This document shows, in pieces, positions 12,831 through 26,126 of a stretch of 64,000 nt of DNA (its first letter is position 1; each line of letters starts with the position of its first letter). The notes under the pieces were generated by a model. That model made no database searches. It was not told where the DNA came from and worked only from the letters and a program-made list of their open reading frames with translations. Origin of the DNA: Basidiobolus meristosporus CBS 931.73. Its lineage: Eukaryota > Fungi > Basidiobolomycota. The translations under genes and the position numbers were made by a program. Where the stretch lies: NCBI GenBank assembly GCA_002104905.1, contig MCFE01000069.1:62001-126000 (forward strand), written 5' to 3'.

Positions 12831-12930
12831 TAGTGCCACATTGAGCCATGAGCGCTAAATGATGCCTTTGTGTGCCAGGGAGGCCTAGAAGACTTGTACT
12901 TGGCCTCAGAGTATGAAACTTAGATCTTCA

Positions 12931-13431
12931 TCTTCATGCAAAGCAGCCCCTGTGTTTAACCCATTGTGCAGGAGAAAATTCATTTTTTGCCCTTTTTTTT
13001 GAGATCAATGTTGTGCATGATGTGTAACAGCAAAGTAGGACTGAAGGCATGCATCTTGTACTAAATACCAATGGCACTCTAAATTTAGCTCTGGTAGCTT
13101 GTAACATGCCACAAAAATGTATGGCACTATCTTGGTCCACTGGCTTTCTCAGACATTATATTTAATTATTAGCCCTAAAGTAAAACTTATACAAAGCACT
13201 TATGTAGCCTGATAGTACCAGTAGACTAAGATAGTGCCATGCATTTTAGTGACATGCTACAAGCCCCAGGAGTTAGATTCAGTGTGCAATGGGTATTGAG
13301 TACTAGTTGCATATCTTTGGTCCTTCTGTCCTCTTGCAGATCATGCACAACGCTCATCCCAAAAAAACTGGTCAAACAATGGATTTTCTCCTGCACAACA
13401 GGTGAAACACTGGGGCTGCTTTGCATGATGA
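12931..13431. mobile_element. Foldback/MITE-like element with about 210-bp inverted arms and about 75-bp spacer
   Basis: 12931-13143 is the diverged reverse complement of 13218-13431 (e.g. CATGCAAAGCAGCCCC / GGGGCTGCTTTGCATG; GGCACTATCTTGGTCCACTGG / CCAGTAGACTAAGATAGTGCC). TSD not resolved. Confidence 0.75.
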
Positions 13432-14439
13432 TTAATAACTATTCTCACACTCTGAGGCTAAATATAGGTCCACTTGGCCTCCCTGGCACACTGAGGCATC
13501 ATTTGGCACTAATAGCTCCAGGTGGGACTATCCAATGGAACAGGTTTGCCATATATCTGAGCTCAATAACACCCAACTAAGAGCACCAGTTGCAGGTAAC
13601 CAGCTTCAGTTATTTGAGGATAGGAAATTTGCCCATTTAGATTAGTTTGCTTTTACACATGCTCAAATCTGAGAGGGGGGTGGATGTAGTAGGGTTGCAG
13701 TCTCAGCCACCAAAAGTTGTGACCATTCCCATATCTTCTACTTCCCTATTTCTCTACTACTCTTATTTTAGTATTATCCTATTTGTCTTATCTGAACAGT
13801 ACTATCCCATAAGCCACCCAAGTATGAAACCTGCTTATATGTTGAGTAGGTTATCCTTCACATTATGCATGATTGCTAGATAGATGCACTTCTATTTTCA
13901 ACAGGTACCTGCACCAGGACCTATGACACCTGTTCAGCCATGTCAACATCCCTACCACTTTCATTCCATTTGAGGTATCCCTGTGATACACAGGCTTCAG
14001 AATGCTGAACCCTGATTGGTTTGATTTACTGTGCCTCTTAGTACCTTCAAGCATCTACTTAGAACATGCTTATTTCAATTGGATGTCATTAAGATTTCTA
14101 TTCAGCTCTGGAACCTTCAGGAGTACCATGGCTAGTGTTCACATAGCCAGTCATAAATTATATATGGGCAGCAATTCCTCATCTATAAATCATCATTACA
14201 TTTATTAATATGCTAACTTGTTAATTAGTGTGAACATACCCCATGCTAACACCTGAGCCTCCAATCCTAGACCACCCAACATTCCCAGGAAACCATGCAG
14301 AGTGCCAACTAACCTTTGAGGTGTTACTTGCAAAGAATACTTAGTGTAGGTATCTGTTACTACATTTGATTCATACATGTTTGATTTTGTTCAGGCAAGG
14401 TCACTTTTCTGTCTTTGTAGCTATTGACCACAGCTGCAT

Positions 14440-14620
14440 TATTTTCATGTCCCTGCTGGTGGAGTTTACAGTTGTTTTGATTTGGGAAGCTTTGGCACTT
14501 TGCCATCTCAGTCAATGCTGAACCCTGCACATACTTTTGTTAAGAGGCCAACTGAGTTGGGGAATATAGCTCATTAGTATTCCTTTGACAAGCTTGTGGC
14601 TTTATTCCCTTTCTCATTAG
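14440..14620 (+). mobile_element. Relic related to the chromovirus 5' UTR
   Basis: CCCTGCTGGTGGAGTTTACAGT..GGAAGCTTT and AGTTGGGGA..GCTCA..TTGACA..GTGGCTTTA match 52630-52790. Confidence 0.55.
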
Positions 14621-16439
14621 AGTAGAGACAGAATCCAAGTATTCCTGACAAGCTTTTCTGGAGGTTAAGGAACCTAGTGAGCATCCCACACACAAGACAC
14701 TTGAGAAGTGTTGAACATATCAAACCCTTGAACTTATATATCATCACACTAGCATATAGTCTAAATCAGATTGCTCTCCATGTATCAATAGCTGGATCTG
14801 GATAGTAAATTTCCTCACGTATTACATATATCATCTGATGAAGTCAATAAATGCTTGGCATTATGGTGGCATTATTACTCACTGGTTGAAGCAGTATTTC
14901 CTCTTCCAGAGTAGATCTTGCAATGGTATTCAGCCTAGGTTCTCTTTGTTCCAATCTGAAATATTGCACTCCCACTGAAGCTACATCCTCTGATGTTTCC
15001 AGCCTTCTTAAATCAATTTGATTAAATCATATATATCCTTCTGATCCCGGCATAACTTTATTGTACTGATATTTCTGCTACTGTACTCAGATCATCTTTT
15101 TGCATCATGATTGACTCATTTTGGTACCACAGAATACCACAGCCTGATCTGGCACTTTCCAATTGCATAAATCAACCATGATAGCGGTGATGAGCTATTG
15201 TCAATTCTGATACAATATTCCAGCAAAGTATTTGGCTGACTGTACCCATGGACAAACCCATGATATTCAACACCCGTTAGAGCCCTTAGGAGGGACCTTT
15301 ATATCACTTCTCTAGCTCCAAATGCAAGTAAGTGGACTTCATTGTTCATCACAAGGTTGCTGTTGCCTTTGAGTATGAAGCTTGTCATGGATTTCTCTTC
15401 TGCTTTCCCAACCATCAATACTTTATTATTTCTAGTGCAATAAGATAGCTGGATCATATCTAGTTTGTTAGATAACCCAAATCTGACTTAAGTGTCACCA
15501 TATTATCCAGAAACTGACATCTTATTGGCAGTAGGTTTTATTCCATATCAGGTTGCAAAGATGCTGCTTGCTTGATTTTCCCAATTGTCTGGGATCTGGA
15601 CCATGTAGGTGGCAAGACCATGGTTTGCCAGATTCTGTAAAGAGCTCAGGAGCCTTGTGTCTGCAGAACACTTGTATTCTGAGATGCTTTGTGCAAGTTG
15701 TTCATCAAATTAGCTAGGACATGACTTTTCATAGGCTTAATCACATATGATCAAGTAGTTACAGTAAATTCACTGCAGGAATACTGATACTTCACTGACT
15801 GAAATAGCCAAATCCCCACCTGGGTATATGTGGAGCTTTGACCTAGCTACTTTGTACTATAATAATAAGGATGATAGCATTGATACATCTATCATGTAGT
15901 ATGCTCCTTATTGATCTGGGCCCATTGCTGGAATTTTATGTTTTCTCAAGACTCAACCTTGTGCACATTTCATAAATTTATATTTGTCCAACAAGACCCC
16001 CCTGAAATTTGACCTCTTTCTTCTCTCAGTGTCTTCTTCAAAGGCAAAGGCCTCTCTATAAATGACAATAAATTGTATTTAGTAGTACTTTGCAACCACA
16101 GTATTTTTCTGCTTTTGTAACTTCAGGTAGACATGTCAGTTTTTCTCCAGAATAAAGACACTGCTCAAAAGTAAAGTAGACACCCAAGAGATAACAAGCT
16201 TAGGGCTCTGAGTTGTGGAAATATTAGATACATATTGGCAGTGAAATGAAGACTAGATGACTTATATGATATGAGTTTCTTAATTTAATGAGTTGCAACA
16301 TAGTAGTTATACTTATTGCAAACCTTGCAAATGTAACCATTTAGGGTTGGGGTTACCCTAAGCTAATATTCTGAAATACATCACTCAACTATGTTCAAGC
16401 TCATAATATATCAACAATGAGGCGGACTCCTGATTATTT

Positions 16440-16513
16440 CAATGCCTCTTAGTCACAAGATTTAAACTTTGTGACAGTGTTTGATAAGTTCATTACATTT
16501 ATTTTTCATAAGA
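16440..16513. mobile_element. Isolated CACTA right end
   Basis: Subterminal palindrome followed by a decayed TIR (TTTATTTTTCATAAGA) at the same spacing as 8358-8420. Confidence 0.55.
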
Positions 16514-16544
16514 ACTGAGATGAATACATCAGCCCTGCAATTGT

Positions 16545-16740
16545 AGACTTGTTCCATTGTACAATGCTATGGTGTACACTGCAACACCTGGTCATTAAAA
16601 ATGATCAGGTGCAATGCTGTAGCTACTAGTGGGCAGGATTGCTCTTAAACAATTATGCTTTATGTGGAACAATCTTTCACACTACGGCACAATCTGACAT
16701 TATGAGGTAGGCATGGATGATTGTGCCAACTGGTAATGCC
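16545..16740 (+). mobile_element. Old PHIS/Pangu-like left-end fragment
   Basis: AGACTTGTTCCATTGTAC terminus; downstream sequence matches 30145-30215. Confidence 0.65.
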
Positions 16741-17049
16741 AGCATTATATGGACAATTAGATACCACAATTGTAGTAGAAGGCTTGCTGATGGATTGTGA
16801 TTCTATTGTATCACACAGCAGCATTCTGTGTAAGCCTGGCAGGATTTCAATATGAGATGAGACAACACCAGTGAGAAAAAATGCCAAGGATACCTGATGG
16901 TATCAAGAAAGCCAAGTGAATCCTCTATTCATGATATAATGTGAAAATATGGCTGCAGAAGTGGCATTTTTCTACCTATATCAGTAATTGGGGATTTGAG
17001 TAGTAATGCTGCTTCTTGCTGGCAACACATGACCCAAAGACAGTCCCAA

Positions 17050-18400
17050 TACCAGCATTTGCTTGAAGTTGCATGACATTTGCACCAGAAAATGCCATCA
17101 CTACAAGGTGTCTCACTTGCCAGGAGTCCACCACAATAGGGGGAAAACTGTATTCACACTCAGGATATACTCCAGTAATACCCCATCTAAAGAAGCTCCT
17201 GTAGTCTGGCAAATATTGCAAGGCTATATAGTTTAATCCCAGGACCAATGAAGTGCCAGCATTACTAATAAGCTCAATGGCAACCATTACATGCTACTTT
17301 AAACCAAGAGCTACTTTCAAGGTGTACATGACCATGCCTTTGTCTTGGCACTTGGTGGATTCTCATCAAATGTCTACTCTACCGGTAAATCCTGCTGGCC
17401 ACTGATTATCATCAAGCCAAATCTGCCACTTATCATACTTGATTAGAATAGAGATCTGATAATAACCTCACTGATATATAGGCCTAAATTACTGTCTAAC
17501 CAAGATAGCTACCTGTATTCATTGCTGGACAAATTTTGGATCCTTTACAGAGAGATAGAGTAGATGGCCATCTTGTCAAAGTGCATATTATTATATGCAT
17601 TGGAGATACCCTGTCCATCAGCAAGATTGCTATTGTCACTGGGCCCAGTGGATGGTATTTATGCTGAATATGTGAGATCTTGGGGACTTACTCTATAGCT
17701 TAGAATTACTAATAGTGATTAAAAACCAACACCATAGACATCATCTTCTCACAGAGCAAATATATAAAAGTTGTCATGCAATTACAGCAAGGTTGGCAAG
17801 ATATAAGCTATGAGCCAGAATAAGAAGCCCATTAAAACATACGGAAATGTGAGATCCTGAGAATAGGTTGGAGTCAAAGCTCTTTACCTGGAGCAATGCA
17901 TTTGTTTCTCAACAATATCTATATATTAATGAGCAAGTTTTATATGGCACATTTAAACAAAATAATTTCTTTGAGATAACAGAGAAGTTTGAAATAATTG
18001 GCAAGATATGACAAAGTAGTCACTAGCCTAGGTATACTCTCCTACAAGTCCTTTCCGTTTAAACTCATATGCAGCAGTAAAAATGCTAGGAGTTAGTAAG
18101 CTATAAATGCATTTATTCAGGTGGCATTTTGAAGCCACTTTTGCATGTGTACATTGGAAGCATTGGGAGTCATATATGGACATTGTAGGAGTATTTATCC
18201 ACAGGCAGATGACAAATGCTAATTTGCGTATTTACAGCTTTATGCAAGGAGTTTATAATAGGGCCTGAGTGGTTGTACTTGAAGCATAAGGATGAGCATA
18301 TAGATTAATGCTGTCTCTGTATTGATTCTCTACTCTGGCTTGTATGGTGTGTTGATAATATCAAGCCTTGCTTTGCCTATTTGGAGTTTGTAATAGAGTA
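17050..18400 (+). pseudogene. Decayed CACTA Tnp2-like transposase (opposite orientation)
   Basis: CMTFAPENAITTRCLTCQESTTIGGK..IPHLKKLL; DHAFVLALGGF..SCWPLI..GP..QDSYLYSLLDKF; HWKHWES. Collinear with the other copies. Confidence 0.75.
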
Positions 18401-18439
18401 GCTGTTGTTGCAATTTAAGGAGTGATTTGGATGTAAGGA

Positions 18440-19760
18440 ACTTATCAAGAAGCAATGATAAAAGTTTAACTGTTGATTATTCTTAAATAGGCTCAGTATT
18501 CATACCTTTATCAAAGTAATACACTATGACACTATGTAAGGACAGCTTCTTAACACTCAGGAGCATTCTGTAATAGTTTCAGTGTTGGAATGTGATGTAT
18601 GGTAAAAGTGCTAATTGATTCTGACTATAGGGGAATAACCATAGGATTGTTGGTCTGAAGAGAATGGCAAAGTTAGGGCTCTAAGTTGTTATTACAGTGA
18701 CCAAGACTAATCAAGAGCTGTTAAGTTAATATTTAGCTACCAAATTGTATCCAATAGTTTAATATTTCAGCAGATGTTTGTGAATATAGGAAGCAAAGTC
18801 AAGTTGTGGGTACTGCAATATCCCAATCTTGTCAGGAATATAACCTCAAGCTCCATCAAGAATTTGATTAGCTGGCACATCAAGAACAGCTGAGTAAATT
18901 GAAAATGGTAAGGACCAATGTGCTCATGCAGACACTGTTCCCATTTAAGAAGTGATTCGGATTTGAGGAACCTATCAATAAATAGTGATAATAGTTTGAC
19001 TGTTGTCTGTTTGTAAGGTAGCTTGGTATATATACCTTTGTAGAAGTGATACAATTGTAAAACTAAGCAGGGAGAGCTTCTCAGTACTCAGGAGCAATCT
19101 ATAACAGTTTCAGGGTTAGTACATGATGTTTTGTAAAGGTGCTGAGTTGATCTTGACTCTACGGGAGTAATCATAGGATCATAGGTGCAAAGGAAGTGGC
19201 AAAGTTAGGGCTGTAAGTAGGTTCTTCCAAGATTTTCATCTCCAACTTGCTGAATATATCTGATCTTGTCTGTTTAAGTGCCTCCTGGTCACTTGTGCTA
19301 TTATTAGGTTGTTCACACAGAGAACTAGGATGATGACACCCTTTTTGAGCAGTTGCACATTTATACTACAATCTGTAGTGCTACAGTGAACCCAATCTCC
19401 TCTAGAATTGTCTCTATCTTGCTATACCTTGAACCAGGAGCCAGCTTAAGCCCACACAATAATTTCTTTAGTCTGCACACCTTACAGGGGCCTTTTGGAT
19501 GGGTGAAACCTACTGGTTGCTCCATATGTGTTATTTCTTGCAGATCCACACTTAGAAAGATTGTTTTGATATTCATTTAGTGTTGATCCAGACTGTGTAT
19601 AGTGGCCAAGGCTAGAATTGTCCCAATGATGTTAAACTTGGCAACCAGAGCATATTTTTCCTCAAAGTCTAGTCCTTAAATCTCGGAATAGTCTTTAGCC
19701 ACCAATCTAGCTTGGTACTCATAAATGGTACCAGTTGAGGTAATCTTAATAGATCTATCT
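18440..19760 (-). pseudogene. pol: Ty1/Copia RT relic(s), including an internal duplicated segment
   Basis: YQARLVAKDYS..LVAKFNII..MNIKTIFLSVDLQEITHMEQPVGF..KVCRLKKLLCGLKLAP matches Copia RT. About 18460-18690 and 18990-19220 are diverged duplicates. Confidence 0.75.
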
Positions 19761-20006
19761 ACATCCTCTTGGCTTTCTCCCACTTGGTGGATTTATCAAT
19801 TTCCATATTTTTGTCCGGATCAGTGATTGGTACTTCTCCTGCATGGCTTGTTGTCACATTGTAGCATTGGAGCTTTTCATTGCCTGTTCCAGATTCTAAG
19901 GCTTAGCACATAATGCAAGATAAGTATCTTTGTGAGCATTGGATGTCTGCCACTGGGATCCAGTGGTATTCTTTTTCTGATAAATCTCTTAACCGCAATG
20001 ATCTGC

Positions 20007-20373
20007 TGCTATGATCTGCCACCTGAATGTTTAAGTTAGACAGGTTTTTAGTCATATCAATTAGTTATATGTTTAGGTTTTCAGTATATCAGTATTTTCT
20101 ATCAGATCAGTAGGATTAGTCAGCAAATGAATTAGCAGATCCTTATCAGACAGAAATAGATATATTATGTGGATCTTATTGGGTGATGATGATGCAATCA
20201 AATTAGTCATCAGCTACAGCCTACATCAGGAAATGCAATCAGTCAGCAATTGATCTGGCAAAATGTTTTATAGAGCCGCTGGAACCTCAATAAAGATCAG
20301 TTCAAGTTTTAGTGAATACAATGCTAGCTAAACTCCTTGTTCCTCTACAACTCTTATTCCAAGACTTGTAACG
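20007..20373 (+). mobile_element. Solo LTR of Ty3 family 1 (diverged)
   Basis: Reverse complement of the 368-bp LTR sequence at 21189; flanked by 4-bp TSD CTGC (20003-20006 and 20374-20377). Confidence 0.85.
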
Positions 20374-21188
20374 CTGCTCTGATCTGGAACTGCTACAATT
20401 ATCTTCAATATTTGGCTGAATTAGGTATGTATCCTCATCATTAGTGTTGTTTGCATCATCAGGCAGCCAGCCAATGATTTCAGCAGCTCACTGATCTGTA
20501 TAATTGTCAAATACAATGTCCCTGCTCTTGATCAGCCTTTGAATTAACCATTATGCACTCTATACCCTTTGGTATCCTCACAATACCTAAGAAAGAACCC
20601 TTCTCTACTCTTTGGCTCCAATGATTGAGCCCCAGACTTGTAAAGCAGCCTCAAGTTGTCTTCAGGTAAAGTCCTGAAGATCTGTAATTACTGAGGAGTA
20701 TCTGGCCATAATGCAAAATCTAGCTCTGGACTTGGTCTAGTCAGATATTGACCAGAAGTCAACTGGATGCCATTGGGTCTTCATTACTAAATACAAGGCA
20801 GTTAGTAAAGCAAATCAATGTAAAGCATATTAGTGGCCAACAGTAACTCTCAAGCAATTAGACTGGACTATACTGAAACAAAAGTGCTGGCAGTCAATAC
20901 TATTAGACTAATATTAGCTATAGTAGCTTGGTATTGGTTTCTTATTTATCATTTGGACATATCAACTGCACTTTTCAGTGAGGAACCTGATGAGAATGCC
21001 TACTTAGGTCAGCCTGGCAGGTTTTACAGCCAAAATAACCTCAGTAGTTCTTAAAGGTTGAAATCTCAATTTTCTCTCAAAGATTTCAAATAAGAATATA
21101 TGTTGCAATTCCAAGCACTTGGTAACTCTTTGAGTTTTCAAAGAAATACTCCTTGCTAAAGTATCAACAGTAAGCCAGATAGAGCAAG

Positions 21189-21556
21189 TGTTACAAGTCT
21201 TGGTATAAGAGTTGTAGAGGAATAGGGAGTTTAGCTAGTATTGTATTCACTAAAACTTGAACTGATTATTATTGAGGTTCCAGCAGCTCCTTATATACAT
21301 TTTGGCAGATCAATTGCTGACTAATTGTATTTCCTAATGTAGGTTGTGGCTGATGACTCATTTGATTGCATCATCATCACCCAATAAGATCCTACTTAAT
21401 ATATCTATTTCTGCCTGATGAGGATCTGCTGATTCATTTGCTGACTAATGCTACTGATTTCATAGATAATACTGATATACTGATAACCTAAACATATACT
21501 AATTGATTTGACTAAAAACTGATCTAACTTAAACATTCAAGCGGCAGATTATAACA
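21189..21556 (-). repeat. 3' LTR, family 1 copy 1
   Basis: Direct repeat of 25759-26126; on the element strand contains TATATAA and AATAAA. Confidence 0.95.
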
Positions 21557-21566
21557 TTCTCCCCTA

Positions 21567-24500
21567 CTAAAGTTGAGAGGGTTCTCCTGAATCTCTTTTC
21601 TTGTGATACCAATATCTTGATGGTTCAGTATTATCAGCAAGTCTTGCATGCTTGAGTCTGTCCCTATGCACTAAGTCTTCCCAGATATTACCTTGTTTGT
21701 CCACCAGTTGGTAAGTTGCAAATGGACATTCTCTGATGATCTTGAATGGTCCTGTCCATTGTGGCTCAAACTTCTTCCGAGTGTTGTTTCTTAGCAATAC
21801 AAAGTTCCCAACTGTCAACGCTTCTGGTGCTATAGTCTTATCAAATCTCTGCTTCATCTTTTCTGCACTTTGAGATACTTTGGTCTGTGCCTCTTGACGT
21901 CTTTGTTTCAGTTGCTGGTGTCTACTTGGCTGACTGAGTTAATCTTCTAAGGTGTCTGTAAGCTTTGGTTGTGTGAGATCTCCTGGAATCCTTGGTTCAC
22001 ATCCATAAACTAAGTAAAATGGTGATTGCTGGGTGGTGTTGTGTACTCTGACTCTGCATGCAAAGAGTGCTTGGTCTATATACTCATCCCACCTACTGAC
22101 AACTCCATTTGCATACTTGGTCAGCATTTTTCCAAATAATCCATTAAACCGCTCAGTGACTCCATTAGTTCTGGGGTGATATGCCGAGGTTTTTAAGTGT
22201 CTGATCTGCTGCATTTCCAGGTAAGCCTCTAATGTCTTTGCCATAAAGTTTGCACCTCTATTGGATAAGATCTCCACAGGGCATCCAAACTTCATCAGGA
22301 TCTCATGGTAAATGAAACTTGCAACTTCTTGTTCACTGGCTATTGGTACAGCTTTAGCAACTGGCCATTTAGTGGCATGGTCAATAGCTACTAGGATCCA
22401 ACAGTTGCATTTTGTGGTAGTTGGCAGTCTTCCAAAAAAGTCAATTCCCCATCTCTCAAATGGTCTTACAGGCTCCAAAGGGAAGAGTTTGGCAATTCTT
22501 TGTGGCTGGCCTTGATTGATTTGGCAGTTTGGGCATGTTTTCACTAGCTTCTCAATATCTTGTCTCATTCTGGGCCACCATGCTCTGGCTTTCACAAGGC
22601 TATAGGTTCCTTGAATGCCAAGATGTCCATATCCATTGTGTAGCTTATGTATTAAATCCAGGCAAGCAACAAAAGGACAATAGGAAATAGGGCTTCCATC
22701 AACAATTTGGTAGAGTGTTTCATCCTGTACAACAAATTTGCTGGATTCATCATGGATTATCTTCTTGATATCTTCATCCACCTCATTAGGAATGGCTTGG
22801 TCCTCCAAGTACTTTGGTAATAGGCTAGGCCAATCTGATTCATGCACCAAGTTGAGTTGTGCAACTTGATCTAATCTTGATAAGGCATCAGCAACCGTGT
22901 TGTTTTTTCCAGGGCAGTAGACAATCTCCAGGTCAAATTGCTGAATGTATTCACTCCATCTTGTCATTCTTCTAGAGAGTACCTTCTGAGTAAATATATA
23001 CTTGAGGGAGGCATGATCAGTCTTCACAGTGCATTTGACTCCTTCAATATAGCATCTCCATGTCTTCAAACAGTGTATTATAGCAAGCATCTCCTTCTCA
23101 TGGACTGGATAGTTTTGTTCTGCTGAGTTCAGCTTCTTGGATTCAAAGGCAACAGGGTAGTCCTTTCCCTTGTGTTCTTGGCTCAGCACTCCACCAATTG
23201 CATAATCTGAAGCATCTGTGCACAGAGTGAACTCTTTTCTGAAGTCTGGTATTCTTAGGCTTGGCAGCTTAGCAAGTTCATTCTTGAGCATCTGGAAGGC
23301 AGTCTCACAAGCTATGTCCCACTTGTAGGTATTGTCTTTCTTGAGGATATCAGTTAAAGGGGCTGCAATACTTGCAAAAGACTTGACAAATCTCCAACAA
23401 TAGGAAACCATTCCAAGGAATGATCTGAGTTCTGATATGCTATGGGGCTGCTTCAAATTCTTGATTACTTCCACCTTCTTTGGGTCTAAGGTTACTCCTG
23501 TGCTAGTCACTATGTGTCCCAGGTATTCAACATGCTCCTTGAAGAACTCACACTTGGCTAGCTTGCCATATAGCTTGTTCTCTCTTAGTTTCTTCAAGAC
23601 CTTTTCAATGTGCACTACGTGATCCTCTGCTGTCTTGCTGTATATCAATATGTCATCCAGGTAGATTATCACAAACTTGTCTAAGTACTCCTGAAAGACA
23701 GTCTGCATCAGCGTCATGAATGTTGCAGGGGCATTGGTGAGGCCAAAACTCATGACTAAGTACTTGTAATGTCCATATCTGGTCCTGAATGCTGTCTTGG
23801 GGATGTCTTCTGGCTTCACCCTAATCTGGTTGTATCCTGACATGAGGTCAATCTTACTGAAAATAGTGGCTCCATTAAGTTGGTCTAAAAGCTCATCAAT
23901 CCAAGGTATGGGGTACTTATTCTTGACGGTAACTGAGTTCAGGGCTCTGTAGTCAATGCACATCCTAAGTGTTCCATCCTTCTTTTTCACAAAAAGCACT
24001 GGTGCTCCCCAGGGTGACTTGCTGGGCCTGATGTATCCTTGCTCCAATAGCTGATCAATTTGTCTCTTCATTTCCTCCAATTCTAATGGACTCATTCTGT
24101 AAGGTGTCTTGCTCACTGGAGGGCTATCTCCTGTGTCAATGGCATGATCCACATCTCTCACTGGTGGTAGGCTTACAAGCTCATCTGGGAAAACGTCTGA
24201 ATATTTCTTCAAGAGAGTCTGGACCTGCTGGGGTGCTGGGGTAGAGGAATCCTCCTGTAATACCGCCATGAGGAACATCTTGGTACCTTTTCTAAGTGCT
24301 CTACAGAACTGGGTCTTGCTAAGTTCACTTGTCTCACACACACTGGAATTGACCAAGTTGAAATCCAGCATGGCAGGTAATAGCTCATAGGTCTTGTTGT
24401 CTTTTTGGATCTGAGTAGCATGGGTTCTCCAGTTGATTGATGGATTACGACAAAATAGCCAGGTTTTTCCAAGTACAAGGTCAAACTTGCAGTTCCCAAA

Positions 24501-25700
24501 TATATAAGCCTGAAGGTCTTCTTCATAGTCATTGATCTTCATTCTTACTGGCTGGGTAATACGGTTGATTATGTGGGAGTTCCCATCAGCTGTGGAGACT
24601 GAAGTTGATTTGGTAGATTCTGAGTTGATTCCAGCTTTCAAAGCAAATAGCTCTGACATGTACTCATGCAATGCTCCTGAGTCAATCATGATCTTGGCAG
24701 GTACTCCATTGATTACTCCATTCAAGTACAATAACTTCCCTGAGTCTGAAGTCATTTGGGACAAGTACTCTTCTGTCATATGGAAGGTGAGTTCCAAATC
24801 TTCTTCAAGCTCATTTTCCACATTACTGTGTTCATGGGACTCAATATGGTTGAAGGTTCTTGTGGGCTGGTGTCCATTTCTTCTCTGAGGGCAGTACTTT
24901 GCAATATGTCCCTGCTGGTTGCAATTGAAGCAAAGTCCTCTCTTCTTGCATTCTTCTGAGGAGGGATTCTTCTGCATAGTGTCTATTTCCATTGGTACTG
25001 CTTCTGATTGTCTTCTTTCATAATGATTATAGCCTCTCTGATTAGTCACTGTAGGCTTCCCAACTCCAAACATAGCTGAGTCATAGTCAATGGCAATCTT
25101 GATGGCTTCTTCAATAGTCTGGGGTCTTTGGTAATTGACTTCCTTGCGAGTTCTTTCTTTCAACCCATCAATAAAGTATTCAACTTGATCCAAGGGGTCC
25201 ATTCTTTCAATTTGCCCAAGTAGACATCTGTACTCATAGATGTATTCTTGCACCATTCCTTTCTGTCTGAGTGTCTTTAACTTCCTTCTTAGTAGTGTCT
25301 GCTGGTGTGGAGGTTCAAAAGCATCCTGAATTTCCAACACAAACTCATCCCAGGTAGAGATTGTACAGCATCCCATCATAGTAGCTGACCTGATCTTGTT
25401 GTGGTACCACTGTAAAGCTGCATCTGCCAGGTAAGAAGCTGCATAATGCAACTTGCTCTCTGGAGCAATTCCTTTAGCTTTAAAAGCTTCTTCAATCTGA
25501 AAGAGCCAAGTTCCCAGGTTTTCATTGACTCTGCCATGGTACCAGTTGACCTTCACACTAAAGTTGCTTTTGACAGGGCTTTGCTGGCTCTGAGCCATGG
25601 TAGTCATTCCTTGTTGCTGTTGGCTGAGGATCTGGAGTAGCTGTTGCTGTTGGGCCAGGATTTGCTGCATGGCATTCTTCCATTCTTGATTGTCTGACAT
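21567..25700 (-). pseudogene. gag-pol: gag-pol polyprotein with one premature stop (GAA>TAA at 21939-21941)
   Basis: Gag, [14 protein letters not shown] knuckle, DSG protease, YLDD RT, TDAS RNase H, HHCC and core IN. The stop is GAA in the sister copy. Confidence 0.95.
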
Positions 25701-25758
25701 CTTGAGGGTGGTTTCTTCTTTCTTCAGGAGGGAGGTTTCTGGTTATCACTGCTACCAA

Positions 25759-26126
25759 TGTTACAAGTCTTGGTATAAGAGTTGTAGAGGAATAGGGAGT
25801 TTAGCTAGTATTGTATTCACTAAAACTTGAACTGATTTTTATTGAGGTTCCAGCAGCTCCTTATATACATTTTGGCAGATCAATTGCTGACTAATTGTAT
25901 TTCCTAATGTAGGTTGTGGCTGATGACTCATTTGATTGCATCATCATCACCCAATAAGATCCTACTTAATATATCTATTTCTGCCTGATGAGGATCTGCT
26001 GATTCATTTGCTGACTAATGCTACTGATTTCATAGATAATACTGATATACTGATAACCTAAACATATACTAATTGATTTGACTAAAAACTGATCTAACTT
26101 AAACATTCAAGCGGCAGATCATAACA
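25759..26126 (-). repeat. 5' LTR, family 1 copy 1
   Basis: Adjacent to PBS TGGTAGCAG and about 58 nt upstream of the gag ATG. Confidence 0.95.

Larger units (their letters stand above)
21189..26126 (-). mobile_element. Ty3/Gypsy LTR retrotransposon, family 1, copy 1 (4,938 bp)
   Basis: TG..CA LTRs 21189-21556 and 25759-26126 (368 bp; 2 differences seen). 4-bp TSD CAAG. PBS 25749-25757, PPT 21557-21565. Confidence 0.97.

Noticed and set aside
14900-16200. Faint pol-like words on the minus strand (e.g. QFLDNMV)
   Set aside because: Too degenerate to assign by eye; needs a translated HMM search.
21939-21941. Programmed stop-codon readthrough in copy 1 gag-pol
   Set aside because: The sister copy has GAA at the same codon, so this is a simple nonsense mutation.
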